Source: Candidatus Levybacteria bacterium RIFCSPHIGHO2_01_FULL_38_26 (GTDB taxonomy: Bacteria > Patescibacteriota > Microgenomatia > Levybacterales > UBA12049). From it: a DNA stretch of 64,000 bases. Location: positions 5,600-69,599 of the forward strand of contig MFNO01000016.1 in NCBI GenBank assembly GCA_001782075.1, written 5' to 3'. The notes beneath the pieces are model-generated. The model saw only the letters and a program-made list of their open reading frames with translations, made no database searches and was not told where the DNA came from. The translations under genes and the position numbers were made by a program. This document shows, piece after piece, positions 8,993 to 18,400 of the stretch. Every line of letters begins with the position of its first letter. Position 1 is the stretch's first letter.

Positions 8993-9769
8993 TTATTGAG
9001 ATATCCATGGAAATGCCCATGAATACGAGGCACCACCATGAATTTCAACTGGTAGCAATACAACTCCGCCTATTGTAACATCAGGACCAGGAGTAAATCC
9101 ACCACTAAATGTCTTAATTGAGGGATCATCATGATCCTGGGCTACGTCAATACCGCCTGCCCATGCAGATCCTCCAGCAAACGTATCACGACCCGCTATT
9201 TGTTCAAAATTATTAGCATTCGTAACAAATCCTGTCACTCCGACTCCAGACGCTACCCCTGCAACACCACCTCCACCTACAGAAGCTATTGGCCCAGCCT
9301 GCCAACCTGTCCCCCAATTAGAAGAATTTGAATCTTTTGCTATTCCAATACAGAATGAGCAAGTACCATATATACCTGCTCCTAAGTTGGCACTTACACA
9401 AAGTCCAATAGCCATTTCTCCCGAGGGATCAGAAAGATTGATTGGGTTATTCAAGGCATAAGCATAAGGATTCTGCGTCTGAGGGTTATTAACCATACCA
9501 TCTATTGGATCTCTTGAAATGAATTGACCATTAACAGGATCATAATAACGTGCTCTCATATAGTACATGTCACTTTCTTCATCGAGATATTGTTCTTGAA
9601 ATTGATATTTTGGAGGGATACTGTTATCATATCGCTTGTTTCCAAAGGGATCATAATCCGTCTGCGATGCTTCGTTTCCGGACGAATTAGACGTAAACCT
9701 TATATTACCCATTCCATCTTCCATAATCCATTCTCGTCCAGAATTTGATCCAGAACCTACGCTAATCAA
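8993..9769 (-). CDS. Rhs/YD-repeat C-terminal fragment: Rhs repeat-associated core + glycine-rich C-terminal (toxin-like) domain; 5'-truncated
   Basis: YDPFGNKRY YD repeat, then MRARYYDPVNGQFISRDPIDG...NPYAYALNNPINLSDPSGE (canonical Rhs core ending in DPxGx), followed by ~138 aa Gly-rich tail (GGGGVAGVASGVGVTG...). No N-terminal region. The reading frame stays open upstream into repeat copy 2 without a plausible start. Confidence 0.7.
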   Translation of the reverse strand: MISVGSGSNSGREWIMEDGMGNIRFTSNSSGNEASQTDYDPFGNKRYDNSIPPKYQFQEQYLDEESDMYYMRARYYDPVNGQFISRDPIDGMVNNPQTQNPYAYALNNPINLSDPSGEMAIGLCVSANLGAGIYGTCSFCIGIAKDSNSSNWGTGWQAGPIASVGGGGVAGVASGVGVTGFVTNANNFEQIAGRDTFAGGSAWAGGIDVAQDHDDPSIKTFSGGFTPGPDVTIGGVVLLPVEIHGGASYSWAFPWISQ

Positions 9770-9807
9770 TTCTTGATTTAGTCCATAGATGTTGAATTCG
9801 GAAACAT

Positions 9808-9985
9808 AACATCAACCCTGATGAGTTGATTGAAAAAATACAGAAGTTTTTGACTAATTAAAATGCTTGAATCAGGTTGTAAATTGGAGTAAGCACAGAT
9901 ATTATCAAAAGCGCAACCCCAACTCCCAACAAAACCATAATAAAAGGCTCCATTGCTGTAGTGAGAGTTTTGATTGCCTGATCAA
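9808..9985. repeat. direct repeat copy 2 (~177 bp, identical to 7350..7526)
   Basis: See copy 1; here attached to the intact pilC 3' end and to an orphan remnant of the RR 3' end. Confidence 0.9.
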
Positions 9986-11066
9986 CTTCTCCCTCAAAGT
10001 ACTCCGAGGCTTTTAGCAATAACTCATCTATTTTCCCAGTCTGCTCGCCAACCTCGACCAAATGTACCAGAAGAGGAGGGAACAGCTCGTGATGCGAAAG
10101 AGAAGACGCCACAGATTCACCCTTTTCAACTCTACTGGAAACATCAAGAATCGCGTTTTTGTAATGAATATTGCCTGTAATTTCAGAAACCCTGTTCAGA
10201 GAATCAACAATTAAAGTTCCGCTTCCCACCAATAATCCAAAAGTTCTTGAAAACTCGGTAAGTATTGTCTTTCTGATTAGGGGACCAAAGATTGGAAGCT
10301 TTAACACTAAATTACCAATCACTACTTGTCCAGTTTCTGTTTTGTTCCAAAATCTAAAAAGGACAGCAAAAACTACCATAAAAATTAACCCGATTGGCCA
10401 ATAAGCAACTGTAAAATCAGAAATACCAACAACAATCCTGGTTATCAACGGCAACTCAAGATTAGGAATGCTTGTGTAAAGCACGGAAAGAGTAGGGATG
10501 ACAAAAACCATCATTATAAACACAACAACAACCATTCCTGATACAACTATCGAGGGGTAAAGAAGAGCTGCTTTAATAGTACTTTTGAGCTTTTGATCTT
10601 TTTCAAGATTATCTGCAAAACGAAGAAGCGCCTTGTCCAGAAGTCCAGAGGATTCAGAAGCCTTAATCGTCGAGACATAAACAGGCGAAAAAACCTTTGG
10701 AAATCTTCCGACAGCTGCTGAAAAAGACTGCCCTCCCTCAATGCCTCCAATAACCCCTTCTATAACCTCCGAAAGAGAAGTTTTTTTTGTCTGGTTTTTC
10801 AAAACCTCTAAAGATCGCACAAGAGTAAGCCCCGACGACAACATAGAAGCCAATTGTCTCGTAAATATTACGACATCACTTGAGGTAACTTTGCCAAAGG
10901 GGAGAGGCAAGTCCTCCAAAATATTGCCACTACTTTTTTTTGAAACCTTTATTGGAAAAAATGCTTTACTTCTCAGGTATTCAGCGGCCTGATGTTCGCT
11001 TTGGGCTTCTATTGTTCCCTGAATTAGTTTTCCTTCTTTGGTTGCCGCCTTGTAAGATAATTTCAT
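9858..11066 (-). CDS. pilC: type IV pilus assembly protein PilC (GspF family inner-membrane platform)
   Basis: 402 aa, two T2SSF-like repeats with 3 TM segments, upstream of pilT/pilB. Confidence 0.9.
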   Translation of the reverse strand: MKLSYKAATKEGKLIQGTIEAQSEHQAAEYLRSKAFFPIKVSKKSSGNILEDLPLPFGKVTSSDVVIFTRQLASMLSSGLTLVRSLEVLKNQTKKTSLSEVIEGVIGGIEGGQSFSAAVGRFPKVFSPVYVSTIKASESSGLLDKALLRFADNLEKDQKLKSTIKAALLYPSIVVSGMVVVVFIMMVFVIPTLSVLYTSIPNLELPLITRIVVGISDFTVAYWPIGLIFMVVFAVLFRFWNKTETGQVVIGNLVLKLPIFGPLIRKTILTEFSRTFGLLVGSGTLIVDSLNRVSEITGNIHYKNAILDVSSRVEKGESVASSLSHHELFPPLLVHLVEVGEQTGKIDELLLKASEYFEGEVDQAIKTLTTAMEPFIMVLLGVGVALLIISVLTPIYNLIQAF

Positions 11067-11068
11067 TT

Positions 11069-12136
11069 TTAAGAAACGAGCTGTAAAAAGTCATCTTGAT
11101 GCAGCGCATAAGCTTTTGCAACTTCGATATCAACTACCCCAGATGAAACCAAGCTTGCCAAAGAAGACTCAAGAGTCACCATACCGGCATCTTTGGACGT
11201 CTGGATAACAGAATCCAAAACATGAGTTTTTCCCTCTCTTATAACATTGGCAACAGCCGGTGTACCAAGAAGTATCTCACAAGCCGGAACCCTACCTCCA
11301 TTTACAGCCGGCAAGAGTCTTTGAGACACTATTCCCCTAAGCGTTGCCGAGAGTTGAAGTCTTATCTGCGCTTGTTGGTTTGCGGGAAAGACATCTATCA
11401 TCCTATCTATTGTTTGAGCAGCTGAGTTGGTATGAAGTGTCGAAAAAACTAAATGCCCAGTTTCGGCAACGCTAATTGCTGTGGCGATAGTCTCTGGGTC
11501 CCTCATCTCTCCAACCAAAACAACATCTGGATCCTCACGAAGAGCAGCTCTTAGAGACGCCTCCCAAGAATGTGTATCAACACCCATCTCTCTTTGGGAA
11601 ATAAGACTTTTTCCAGCTGGATACATATATTCGATTGGGTCCTCTACAGTTAAAATATGAGAAGCTTTATTCAAGTTGATGATATTTATAATAGAAGCTA
11701 ATGTAGTTGATTTACCATGCCCATTGGGCCCAGCAATCAATACAAAACCTTGTTTTAATTTAGCAAAATCATTGAGTATATTGGGCAAATTTAGCTCTGA
11801 AACTGATCTTATGGTCGGGGGGAATAATCGGAACGCTCCGCTTAAAAAGCGTCTTTGATAGTAAATGTTTGCGCGAAATCGCCCTTTGTCGCCGTATACC
11901 CCACCTCCAAAACCGAAAGAAAAATCAAGCTCTTTGTTAGCAAGTAGATACTCCTTTTGTTCTGGGGTCAGTAGGGAAAAAATCATCTCCTCCAAAAGAT
12001 CTTGGGTAAGAACAGGCTGATTGGACATGTATCTTAGGGATCCATCTATGCGAAGAGCTGGAGGGTTTCCCGCCACAAGGTGTAAATCCGACGCGTTATT
12101 TTTAATCGTAAGATGTAACAGTTCTTGTATGTCCAT
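11069..12136 (-). CDS. pilT: twitching motility ATPase PilT
   Basis: MDIQELLHLTIKNNASDLHL N-terminus, Walker A GPNGHGKST, Asp/His boxes (EDPIEY, LVGEMRD, TGHLVFSTLHT) closely matching PilT. Confidence 0.9.
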   Translation of the reverse strand: MDIQELLHLTIKNNASDLHLVAGNPPALRIDGSLRYMSNQPVLTQDLLEEMIFSLLTPEQKEYLLANKELDFSFGFGGGVYGDKGRFRANIYYQRRFLSGAFRLFPPTIRSVSELNLPNILNDFAKLKQGFVLIAGPNGHGKSTTLASIINIINLNKASHILTVEDPIEYMYPAGKSLISQREMGVDTHSWEASLRAALREDPDVVLVGEMRDPETIATAISVAETGHLVFSTLHTNSAAQTIDRMIDVFPANQQAQIRLQLSATLRGIVSQRLLPAVNGGRVPACEILLGTPAVANVIREGKTHVLDSVIQTSKDAGMVTLESSLASLVSSGVVDIEVAKAYALHQDDFLQLVS

Positions 12137-12139
12137 AGT

Positions 12140-13879
12140 TTATTCCTGCGCTACTCTTATCACTTCCTCAATAGTAGTTACTCCACCTAACGCTTTTAGA
12201 TATCCGTCTTGTTTCATTGTAATCATTCCCTCCGAAATAGCCTGTCTTTCTATAGTACCACTATCCGCGTTTTCAGATATAAGCTTTATTATCTTTTCAG
12301 ATACTGGAAGCGTCTCAAAAATTCCAATTCTGCCTAGGTATCCGGAACTACCGCATTCATCGCAGCCTTTTCCTTTGTAAAGCTTGATTTCTTTATTTGA
12401 AGGAAAGAGTTTTTGCAACACATTTTTCATCTCATCCACAATTTGAGGCAATGGAATATAGCTTTCTTTACAATGATCACAAATTATTCTAACAATTCTT
12501 TGGCCCAAAACAGCGTTCATTGTTGACGCCAAAAGAAAGCTTTGAGCGCCTAAATCAATAAGACGAGGAAGCGCCCCAGCTGCGTTTGAGGTATGAAGTG
12601 TCGAAAAAACTAAATGTCCAGTGAGAGCTGCCTGAATAGCCAAGTCTGTTGTCTCCTGATCACGTATTTCTCCCACCAAAATTATATTTGGATCTTGCCT
12701 TAGGAAAGAACGAAGTCCAGTCGCGAAAGTCAGTCCAACAGCAGGATTTATGGCTACTTGATTTACTCCCGTTATCTGATACTCAACAGGATCCTCCAGT
12801 GTCATAATATTGACTCTAGTTGTATTTAATCTGGACAAAACCGAATAAAGAGTTGTTGTTTTTCCACTTCCTGTAGGTCCGCAAACGATAATAATACCAT
12901 GGGGACGTAAAATAGCAGTCTCAAGGTTGCGAAGACTGGCGCCTGAAAGCCCTAACTTCTCAAGGCTTGGAATTCCTCCGGATTTTCTAAGCAACCTCAT
13001 TACTATTTTTTCTCCGTGAGCTGTTGGCAAAACAGAAATACGAAGGTCTACCTCTTTATCTCCTGTTTTAAAGTTGAATCTGCCGTCTTGAGGAATACGA
13101 TGCTCATCTATTTTCATATCTGACATAATTTTTATACGGGAAACCACAGAGTCTTGAACATTCTTGGGAAGGCTTAATTTATCGTACAAGATCCCATCTA
13201 TTCTGTACCTAACCCTTATCCTATCTTCTTGCGGCTCTACGTGAATATCGGAAGACCTGCTCGCCATAGCGTAATCTAAAATCGTTGATACAATTTTGGC
13301 TATTGGCGCTTCCGCGACAGTCTGTGAAATCTGCGTTGTATCATAAGTATGCACTTTTTCAGATACTTCTACCGACTCCTTCAAGGCTTCTCCGACTTCG
13401 CCAACCAAACCCTGCCTGTACTGTACGCTAATTGCTTGCTCGACGTCATTCTTTTCTGCCGCAAATACTTTTATGTTAAGCCCTGTTCTCCTACGGATAA
13501 AGGAGATTGCCTCAAGGTCAGTAGCGTTACTCATCGCGACTGACAAAGTCTTTAGTTTATCGTCGTAAGCAAAAGGGATTAAAGAAAATCTTTCCGCCAC
13601 AGAAAACGGTATAAAACCAAGCGCCTGAGGAGAAAACGATGATGAGCCAAGGGAAATAAAAGGCAATCCCAAGCTTTTGGCTTTGGCTTTTTCTATTTCC
13701 TCTTTTTTAATTAAATTAAGAGATTCAATGGCCTTTTCTTCTGGAATACCTTCTGTCGCGCTTTTTAGCTTCACTTGCCTAGCTTGCTCATGAGTCAACA
13801 AACGTTCGGACACGAGAGCATCAACTAAACTTACTTTGGCGTTAGGTATTGTTGAAAAAGGATCGGGCATTATTTTCAT
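12140..13879 (-). CDS. pilB: type IV pilus assembly ATPase PilB (GspE family)
   Basis: N-terminal GSPII-like domain, Walker A GPTGSGKTTT, His box, C-terminal tetracysteine motif CDHC...CDEC. Confidence 0.9.
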   Translation of the reverse strand: MKIMPDPFSTIPNAKVSLVDALVSERLLTHEQARQVKLKSATEGIPEEKAIESLNLIKKEEIEKAKAKSLGLPFISLGSSSFSPQALGFIPFSVAERFSLIPFAYDDKLKTLSVAMSNATDLEAISFIRRRTGLNIKVFAAEKNDVEQAISVQYRQGLVGEVGEALKESVEVSEKVHTYDTTQISQTVAEAPIAKIVSTILDYAMASRSSDIHVEPQEDRIRVRYRIDGILYDKLSLPKNVQDSVVSRIKIMSDMKIDEHRIPQDGRFNFKTGDKEVDLRISVLPTAHGEKIVMRLLRKSGGIPSLEKLGLSGASLRNLETAILRPHGIIIVCGPTGSGKTTTLYSVLSRLNTTRVNIMTLEDPVEYQITGVNQVAINPAVGLTFATGLRSFLRQDPNIILVGEIRDQETTDLAIQAALTGHLVFSTLHTSNAAGALPRLIDLGAQSFLLASTMNAVLGQRIVRIICDHCKESYIPLPQIVDEMKNVLQKLFPSNKEIKLYKGKGCDECGSSGYLGRIGIFETLPVSEKIIKLISENADSGTIERQAISEGMITMKQDGYLKALGGVTTIEEVIRVAQE

Positions 13880-13908
13880 AATAAAGAATAATTAGTTATA
13901 ATGTCAAT

Positions 13909-14625
13909 ATGCATTCATTTTTAATAGTCTCAAAAATCCAAAAAGCCGCTCTTGAATATGCAGTGAGAAATTGTAAAGAGAGTAAAATAGACAAATTTGA
14001 CATAAGCATCCTGACATTTGAAAAATCAATCGGTATAGAAGATATAAGAAATTTTCAAAAAAAACTAGTTTTAAAACCACTCAGAAGCAAGGCAAAAGCT
14101 GTAATTTTAGATGGGTCAAAAGATGTTACCATAGAAGCTCAAAATGCGCTTTTGAAAACTCTTGAGGAACCGCCTTCTAATACTATTATATATATAATAA
14201 TATCAAATAAAGATCTTGTTCTTCCAACAATTCTTTCACGGTGCCAGGTGATCGAGCTTAGAGACAAAGAATATAAACTTTCCAAAGACGAAGAAGCTCA
14301 ATACCTCAACATCTTAACATCATTATCCTCCTGCGGAGTAGGGGACAGATTAAAACTAGCCCAGGATGTGGCGAAAAACAAGCAAGAGTCGATTCCCGAG
14401 CTTGAAAAGATGATTATTGCGGCGAGGCAAAAATTGATTAATTCCGTATGTCATTCTGAACATAGAGAAGAATCTCTAGAGATTCTTCGGCTAAAGCCTC
14501 AGGATGACAATGCGGTACACAAATATCTTAATATCCTAATATCTTTAAATAAAACCTACGCGCTTCTCAAAACCACCAACGTCAACTCCCGTCTCGCCCT
14601 CGAAAACTTATTTTTGAATTTATAA
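13909..14625 (+). CDS. holB: DNA polymerase III delta'-like clamp-loader subunit (short)
   Basis: AAA+ clamp-loader signatures NALLKTLEEPP and TILSRCQ (SRC motif). Confidence 0.65.
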   Translation: MHSFLIVSKIQKAALEYAVRNCKESKIDKFDISILTFEKSIGIEDIRNFQKKLVLKPLRSKAKAVILDGSKDVTIEAQNALLKTLEEPPSNTIIYIIISNKDLVLPTILSRCQVIELRDKEYKLSKDEEAQYLNILTSLSSCGVGDRLKLAQDVAKNKQESIPELEKMIIAARQKLINSVCHSEHREESLEILRLKPQDDNAVHKYLNILISLNKTYALLKTTNVNSRLALENLFLNL

Positions 14626-14702
14626 AACTTAACTAAACTAGCTTCCAAACATCCATATTCTCCCATATCGCAAAGCTATTCCGATCCCGTATCGGAAGTC
14701 GT

Positions 14703-15164
14703 CTATATAAGTCTGGACTCTCTCAATATATTAAATGTCAAGCCATGGCCGGCCCTTTCAACAAAATCTTCCGTTTCCTGGGGGTTTAAACGCAATATTC
14801 TAGCCATTAATATCGTATCGCCTAAGCTGGGGTGACTACGCTGGTCGCTAACTAACAAATGCACATAAGCATCAGAATAATCTAGACGTCTTGCAAACTC
14901 AGCCTTAGTAACCCCCAATCTCTGTATATAAACTCCTAGTCTTCCTCCAAGGCTTTCCGGCATTACTTCGGGTAAGGCATCAGGGCTAAAGTTTATCGGA
15001 GCGCTAACCATCTCTTTTCGAATCTCTTCTATGGAAGGCACGCCCAGATATGCGTCAACTATTTGACCAAGCTCACCCAGTTGTTCTGGTTTATTTATAC
15101 TATTGATTCTAGAAGTAATATGGTGTTTAATATTCTCGACCATAATAATATTATACAATACCAA
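14703..15164 (-). CDS. HTH (XRE-like) domain protein
   Basis: LGVYIQRLGVTKAEFARRLDYSDAYVHLLVSDQRSHPSLGDTILMARIL resembles Cro/C1-type HTH. Confidence 0.45.
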   Translation of the reverse strand: MVLYNIIMVENIKHHITSRINSINKPEQLGELGQIVDAYLGVPSIEEIRKEMVSAPINFSPDALPEVMPESLGGRLGVYIQRLGVTKAEFARRLDYSDAYVHLLVSDQRSHPSLGDTILMARILRLNPQETEDFVERAGHGLTFNILRESRLI

Positions 15165-15297
15165 AAGATAAAATAAAAATAATCACAAGCTTCTCTAGAC
15201 CTCAGAGTAAGAAATTCCAAAAAAAGCGCTATTACGTATATGATGGGTTTAACCTTTTTCTAATTTTGACCTACATTGTTATAACTGATAAAATTGT

Positions 15298-16551
15298 TTG
15301 ATGATAGGTGGAATTAAAAAAATACTTTATTTCCCGATTGCCTCTTATTTCAAATTCTTCGCCCAAATCAGGTTAAATCGTTGGAATCCAAGAATTATTG
15401 TTATAACAGGTTCGAGCGGGAAAACAACGCTTTTACATCTGATCGAATCACAGCTTGGGACAGCGGCAAAATATTCCCACCAGGCCAACAGCAGCTTTGG
15501 TATACCGTTTGATATTTTGGACTTGCATAGAAAAAACTTAATCTTTTCAGAATGGCCAATTCTCTTTCTACTCGCTCCTTTTACTGCCTTCAAAGCTCCG
15601 CCAAAAGAAAAACTTTATATAGTCGAGGCGGATGTTGACAGACCGAATGAGGGAAAATTTCTTGCAGATTTATTAAACCCCGAAGTTACGCTATGGACCG
15701 GGGTCGGAAAAACCCACGCAGCCAACTTTAACCAGCTTTTAAAAAACAAGAATTTCTCCATTGTCGAAGACGCTATAGGTTATGAATTTGGATTTTATTT
15801 AGAGTCAACTTCCAAACTTGCTATTGTGAACGGAGATTCTGATTTAATAAACAAACAGACAAAAAGATCAAAAGCAGAGATAAAAAATGCCTCTCAAAAG
15901 AATACTGATTATTACAAACTTTTTAAAGACCGCACAGAGTTTAGAATTAAAGGAAAAACCTACTTAATTAATGCCCTGCTTCCAAAAGAAGCGTCTCTTT
16001 CAATCCAAATGACTCTTTCTCTTCTTGAGTGTCTTGATGTTAAACCCGATTATTCGTTCTCAAAATTCACTCTTCCCCCCGGGAGATCCGGAATTTTTAA
16101 AGGCATAAAAAATACTACTATAATAGACAGCTCTTACAACGCAACTCCGGACGGAGTGATTTCTATTCTTGAAATGTTTGAATTTTACCCAAGTAATAAA
16201 AAGTGGCTGGTTTTGGGAGATATGATAGAACTTGGCGAAGAAGAGAAGGAAGAACACGAAAAACTTGCCGAAATAATTGGACGAATGAAACTTGAAAAAA
16301 TTATTCTGGTCGGACCACGTGTGTCAAAGTATACATATCCGAAAATAAAAAATGCAGAAAAATTCCTTATGCCAAAAGATGCAATGGGTTATCTAACAAA
16401 CAATCTAAAGGGTAGGGAAGTGGTATTGTTTAAGGGGGCAAGGTTTCTGGAAGGAATTATCGAGCATCTTTTAGCTGATAAAGCAGATGTGAGCAATCTA
16501 TGTCGGAGGGAAAAAATTTGGCAACAAAGGAGAAAAAAATGGGGACTCTAA
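15298..16551 (+). CDS. Mur ligase family protein (MurF/MurE-like)
   Basis: P-loop ITGSSGKTT typical of Mur ligases, central and C-terminal Mur ligase regions; clustered with cell-wall genes. Confidence 0.65.
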   Translation: MMIGGIKKILYFPIASYFKFFAQIRLNRWNPRIIVITGSSGKTTLLHLIESQLGTAAKYSHQANSSFGIPFDILDLHRKNLIFSEWPILFLLAPFTAFKAPPKEKLYIVEADVDRPNEGKFLADLLNPEVTLWTGVGKTHAANFNQLLKNKNFSIVEDAIGYEFGFYLESTSKLAIVNGDSDLINKQTKRSKAEIKNASQKNTDYYKLFKDRTEFRIKGKTYLINALLPKEASLSIQMTLSLLECLDVKPDYSFSKFTLPPGRSGIFKGIKNTTIIDSSYNATPDGVISILEMFEFYPSNKKWLVLGDMIELGEEEKEEHEKLAEIIGRMKLEKIILVGPRVSKYTYPKIKNAEKFLMPKDAMGYLTNNLKGREVVLFKGARFLEGIIEHLLADKADVSNLCRREKIWQQRRKKWGL

Positions 16552-17225
16552 ACAAAGTTTACATTCTTCACGGTTGGACATATTCAACAGACAAATGGAA
16601 ACCTTTCGTTGAGTTTTTAAAACAAAAGGGAATTGACTCAACTCTTCTAAAAATTCCAGGCTTGACTGAAAAACTCGATAAAGCGTGGAAGATAGAGGAC
16701 TATATTGAATGGTTAAAAAACAAAGTGGGCAACAAAGTAATCCTAATCGGCCACTCCAATGGCGGCAGGATTGCTCTTAATTTTGCTATTAAATATCCTG
16801 ATAGATTAGACTGTCTAATTTTAATAGATAGCGCAGGGATTTACCATGATGATCTTGCTGTAAAAACAAAACGATATGTATTTAAAGGTATCTCAAAGAT
16901 TGCTAAAAAGTTCACCTCGTCTGAAAAATTAAGAACTCTTCTGTACAAAGTAGTAGGGGAGACCGACTACAAAAATGCCAATCCACTTATGCGGCAAACC
17001 ATGGTCAATCTTATAAATTCGGATAAATCTCTAAAACTTGATAAAATAATAGTCAAGACCTTAATTGTTTGGGGAGAAAAAGACCAAGTTACGCCACTTT
17101 CGGATGGAAGAATCATGAACAGACTAATTAAAGACTCAAAACTTTATATCGTCAAAGAAGCTAAACACTCTCCGCAGTTTACACACCCGCGGGAAGTAAG
17201 CGATATTATAAGTAAAAAACTATGA
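16539..17225 (+). CDS. alpha/beta hydrolase
   Basis: Nucleophile elbow GHSNGG, AAGGAG SD 7 nt upstream of ATG at 16539 (the tracked ORF starts earlier at a weak start inside the Mur ligase gene). Confidence 0.65.
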   Translation: MGTLNKVYILHGWTYSTDKWKPFVEFLKQKGIDSTLLKIPGLTEKLDKAWKIEDYIEWLKNKVGNKVILIGHSNGGRIALNFAIKYPDRLDCLILIDSAGIYHDDLAVKTKRYVFKGISKIAKKFTSSEKLRTLLYKVVGETDYKNANPLMRQTMVNLINSDKSLKLDKIIVKTLIVWGEKDQVTPLSDGRIMNRLIKDSKLYIVKEAKHSPQFTHPREVSDIISKKL

Positions 17226-18400
17226 ATATTTTTAATTCTTTAGGATCAAATTACGACTGGAGATTTGTTCTAAAGGCCTTGTTTGCAAAAAACAAAGAGT
17301 CATACTCGGCAAATCTTAAGAATCTCCTTGAAAAAAAATACAATGGGGAGGTGCTTCTTGCTTACAAAGGTAGGCAGGCTATAGAATTGACATTGGAAAT
17401 ATTAAATCTTCCAAAAGAAAGTTTTATTGCGATTAATGGATTTACGTGTGTCGCGGTTTTCAATTCAATTCGAAAAGCTGGATTTGAACCAGTTTGCCTT
17501 GATCTTCAAGATTCAGGCGGCTTGAATTTTACGCCAGATTCACTCGAGAAAACATTATCAAAAAACAAAAAAATATCTGCAGTAATTATTCAAAATACGT
17601 TGGGATATCCGTGTGATATCGAAGGAATTCTTGCCATCTGCAAAAGACATAATCTAATTCTGATTGAAGATCTTGCTCACTGCGTCGGGACTCGTTACCC
17701 AAATGGGAAAGAAACAGGAACAATGGGGGATTTTGTAGTTTTGTCTTTCAGCCAGGATAAAATAATAGACTCAGTTTCCGGCGGAGCACTCGTTATCCGC
17801 AACAAAAAATATTTTGACAAGGGAAACTCCCTAGGTGGCCTATCTAAACCACCTCCAATGTGGATTTTTAGAGACAGGATTTACCCGTTTGAAACGTACA
17901 AAATTCGTGCAGCATACAAATTGGGACTAGGAAAACCGTACCACTTTCTACTAAAAAAGCTTGGCTTGTTGCCAAATGTTATGAACCAATCGTTTTATGA
18001 TTATTATTCATTGCCCAATTGGCATGCAAGTCTTGCACTTTATCAGTTTAAACACCTTGACACACAACTAAACCACAGAAGGAAAATTGCCCAAATTTAT
18101 GTCTCTCTGCTGCCAGAAAATATACTCATGTTCGCAAAGGAAAAAAACAAAGAAGCGGTATCGCTATCATCAAATTTACGCTTTCCAATCTTCGTAGAAA
18201 ACAGGTCTAAACTCATTCGAAAACTCAAAGATCAAGGTGTTTACATATCAGATGTCTGGTATACTGATGTTGCGCCACAATGCCCAAATGCAGTCGATGA
18301 CTCAAAAATGATCCTTAACCTCCCAACGCATATTAACATCACAGAAAAAGATGCTAAAAATATTTCTTTAATTATAAACCAATGGCTAAAATCACAATAA
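17222..18400 (+). CDS. DegT/DnrJ/EryC1/StrS-family PLP-dependent aminotransferase
   Basis: Family-typical segments ...IAINGFTCVAV..., ...IIQNTLGYPCDIEGI..., DLAHCVG, SFSQDKII (PLP-lysine region). Confidence 0.7.
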   Translation: MNIFNSLGSNYDWRFVLKALFAKNKESYSANLKNLLEKKYNGEVLLAYKGRQAIELTLEILNLPKESFIAINGFTCVAVFNSIRKAGFEPVCLDLQDSGGLNFTPDSLEKTLSKNKKISAVIIQNTLGYPCDIEGILAICKRHNLILIEDLAHCVGTRYPNGKETGTMGDFVVLSFSQDKIIDSVSGGALVIRNKKYFDKGNSLGGLSKPPPMWIFRDRIYPFETYKIRAAYKLGLGKPYHFLLKKLGLLPNVMNQSFYDYYSLPNWHASLALYQFKHLDTQLNHRRKIAQIYVSLLPENILMFAKEKNKEAVSLSSNLRFPIFVENRSKLIRKLKDQGVYISDVWYTDVAPQCPNAVDDSKMILNLPTHINITEKDAKNISLIINQWLKSQ

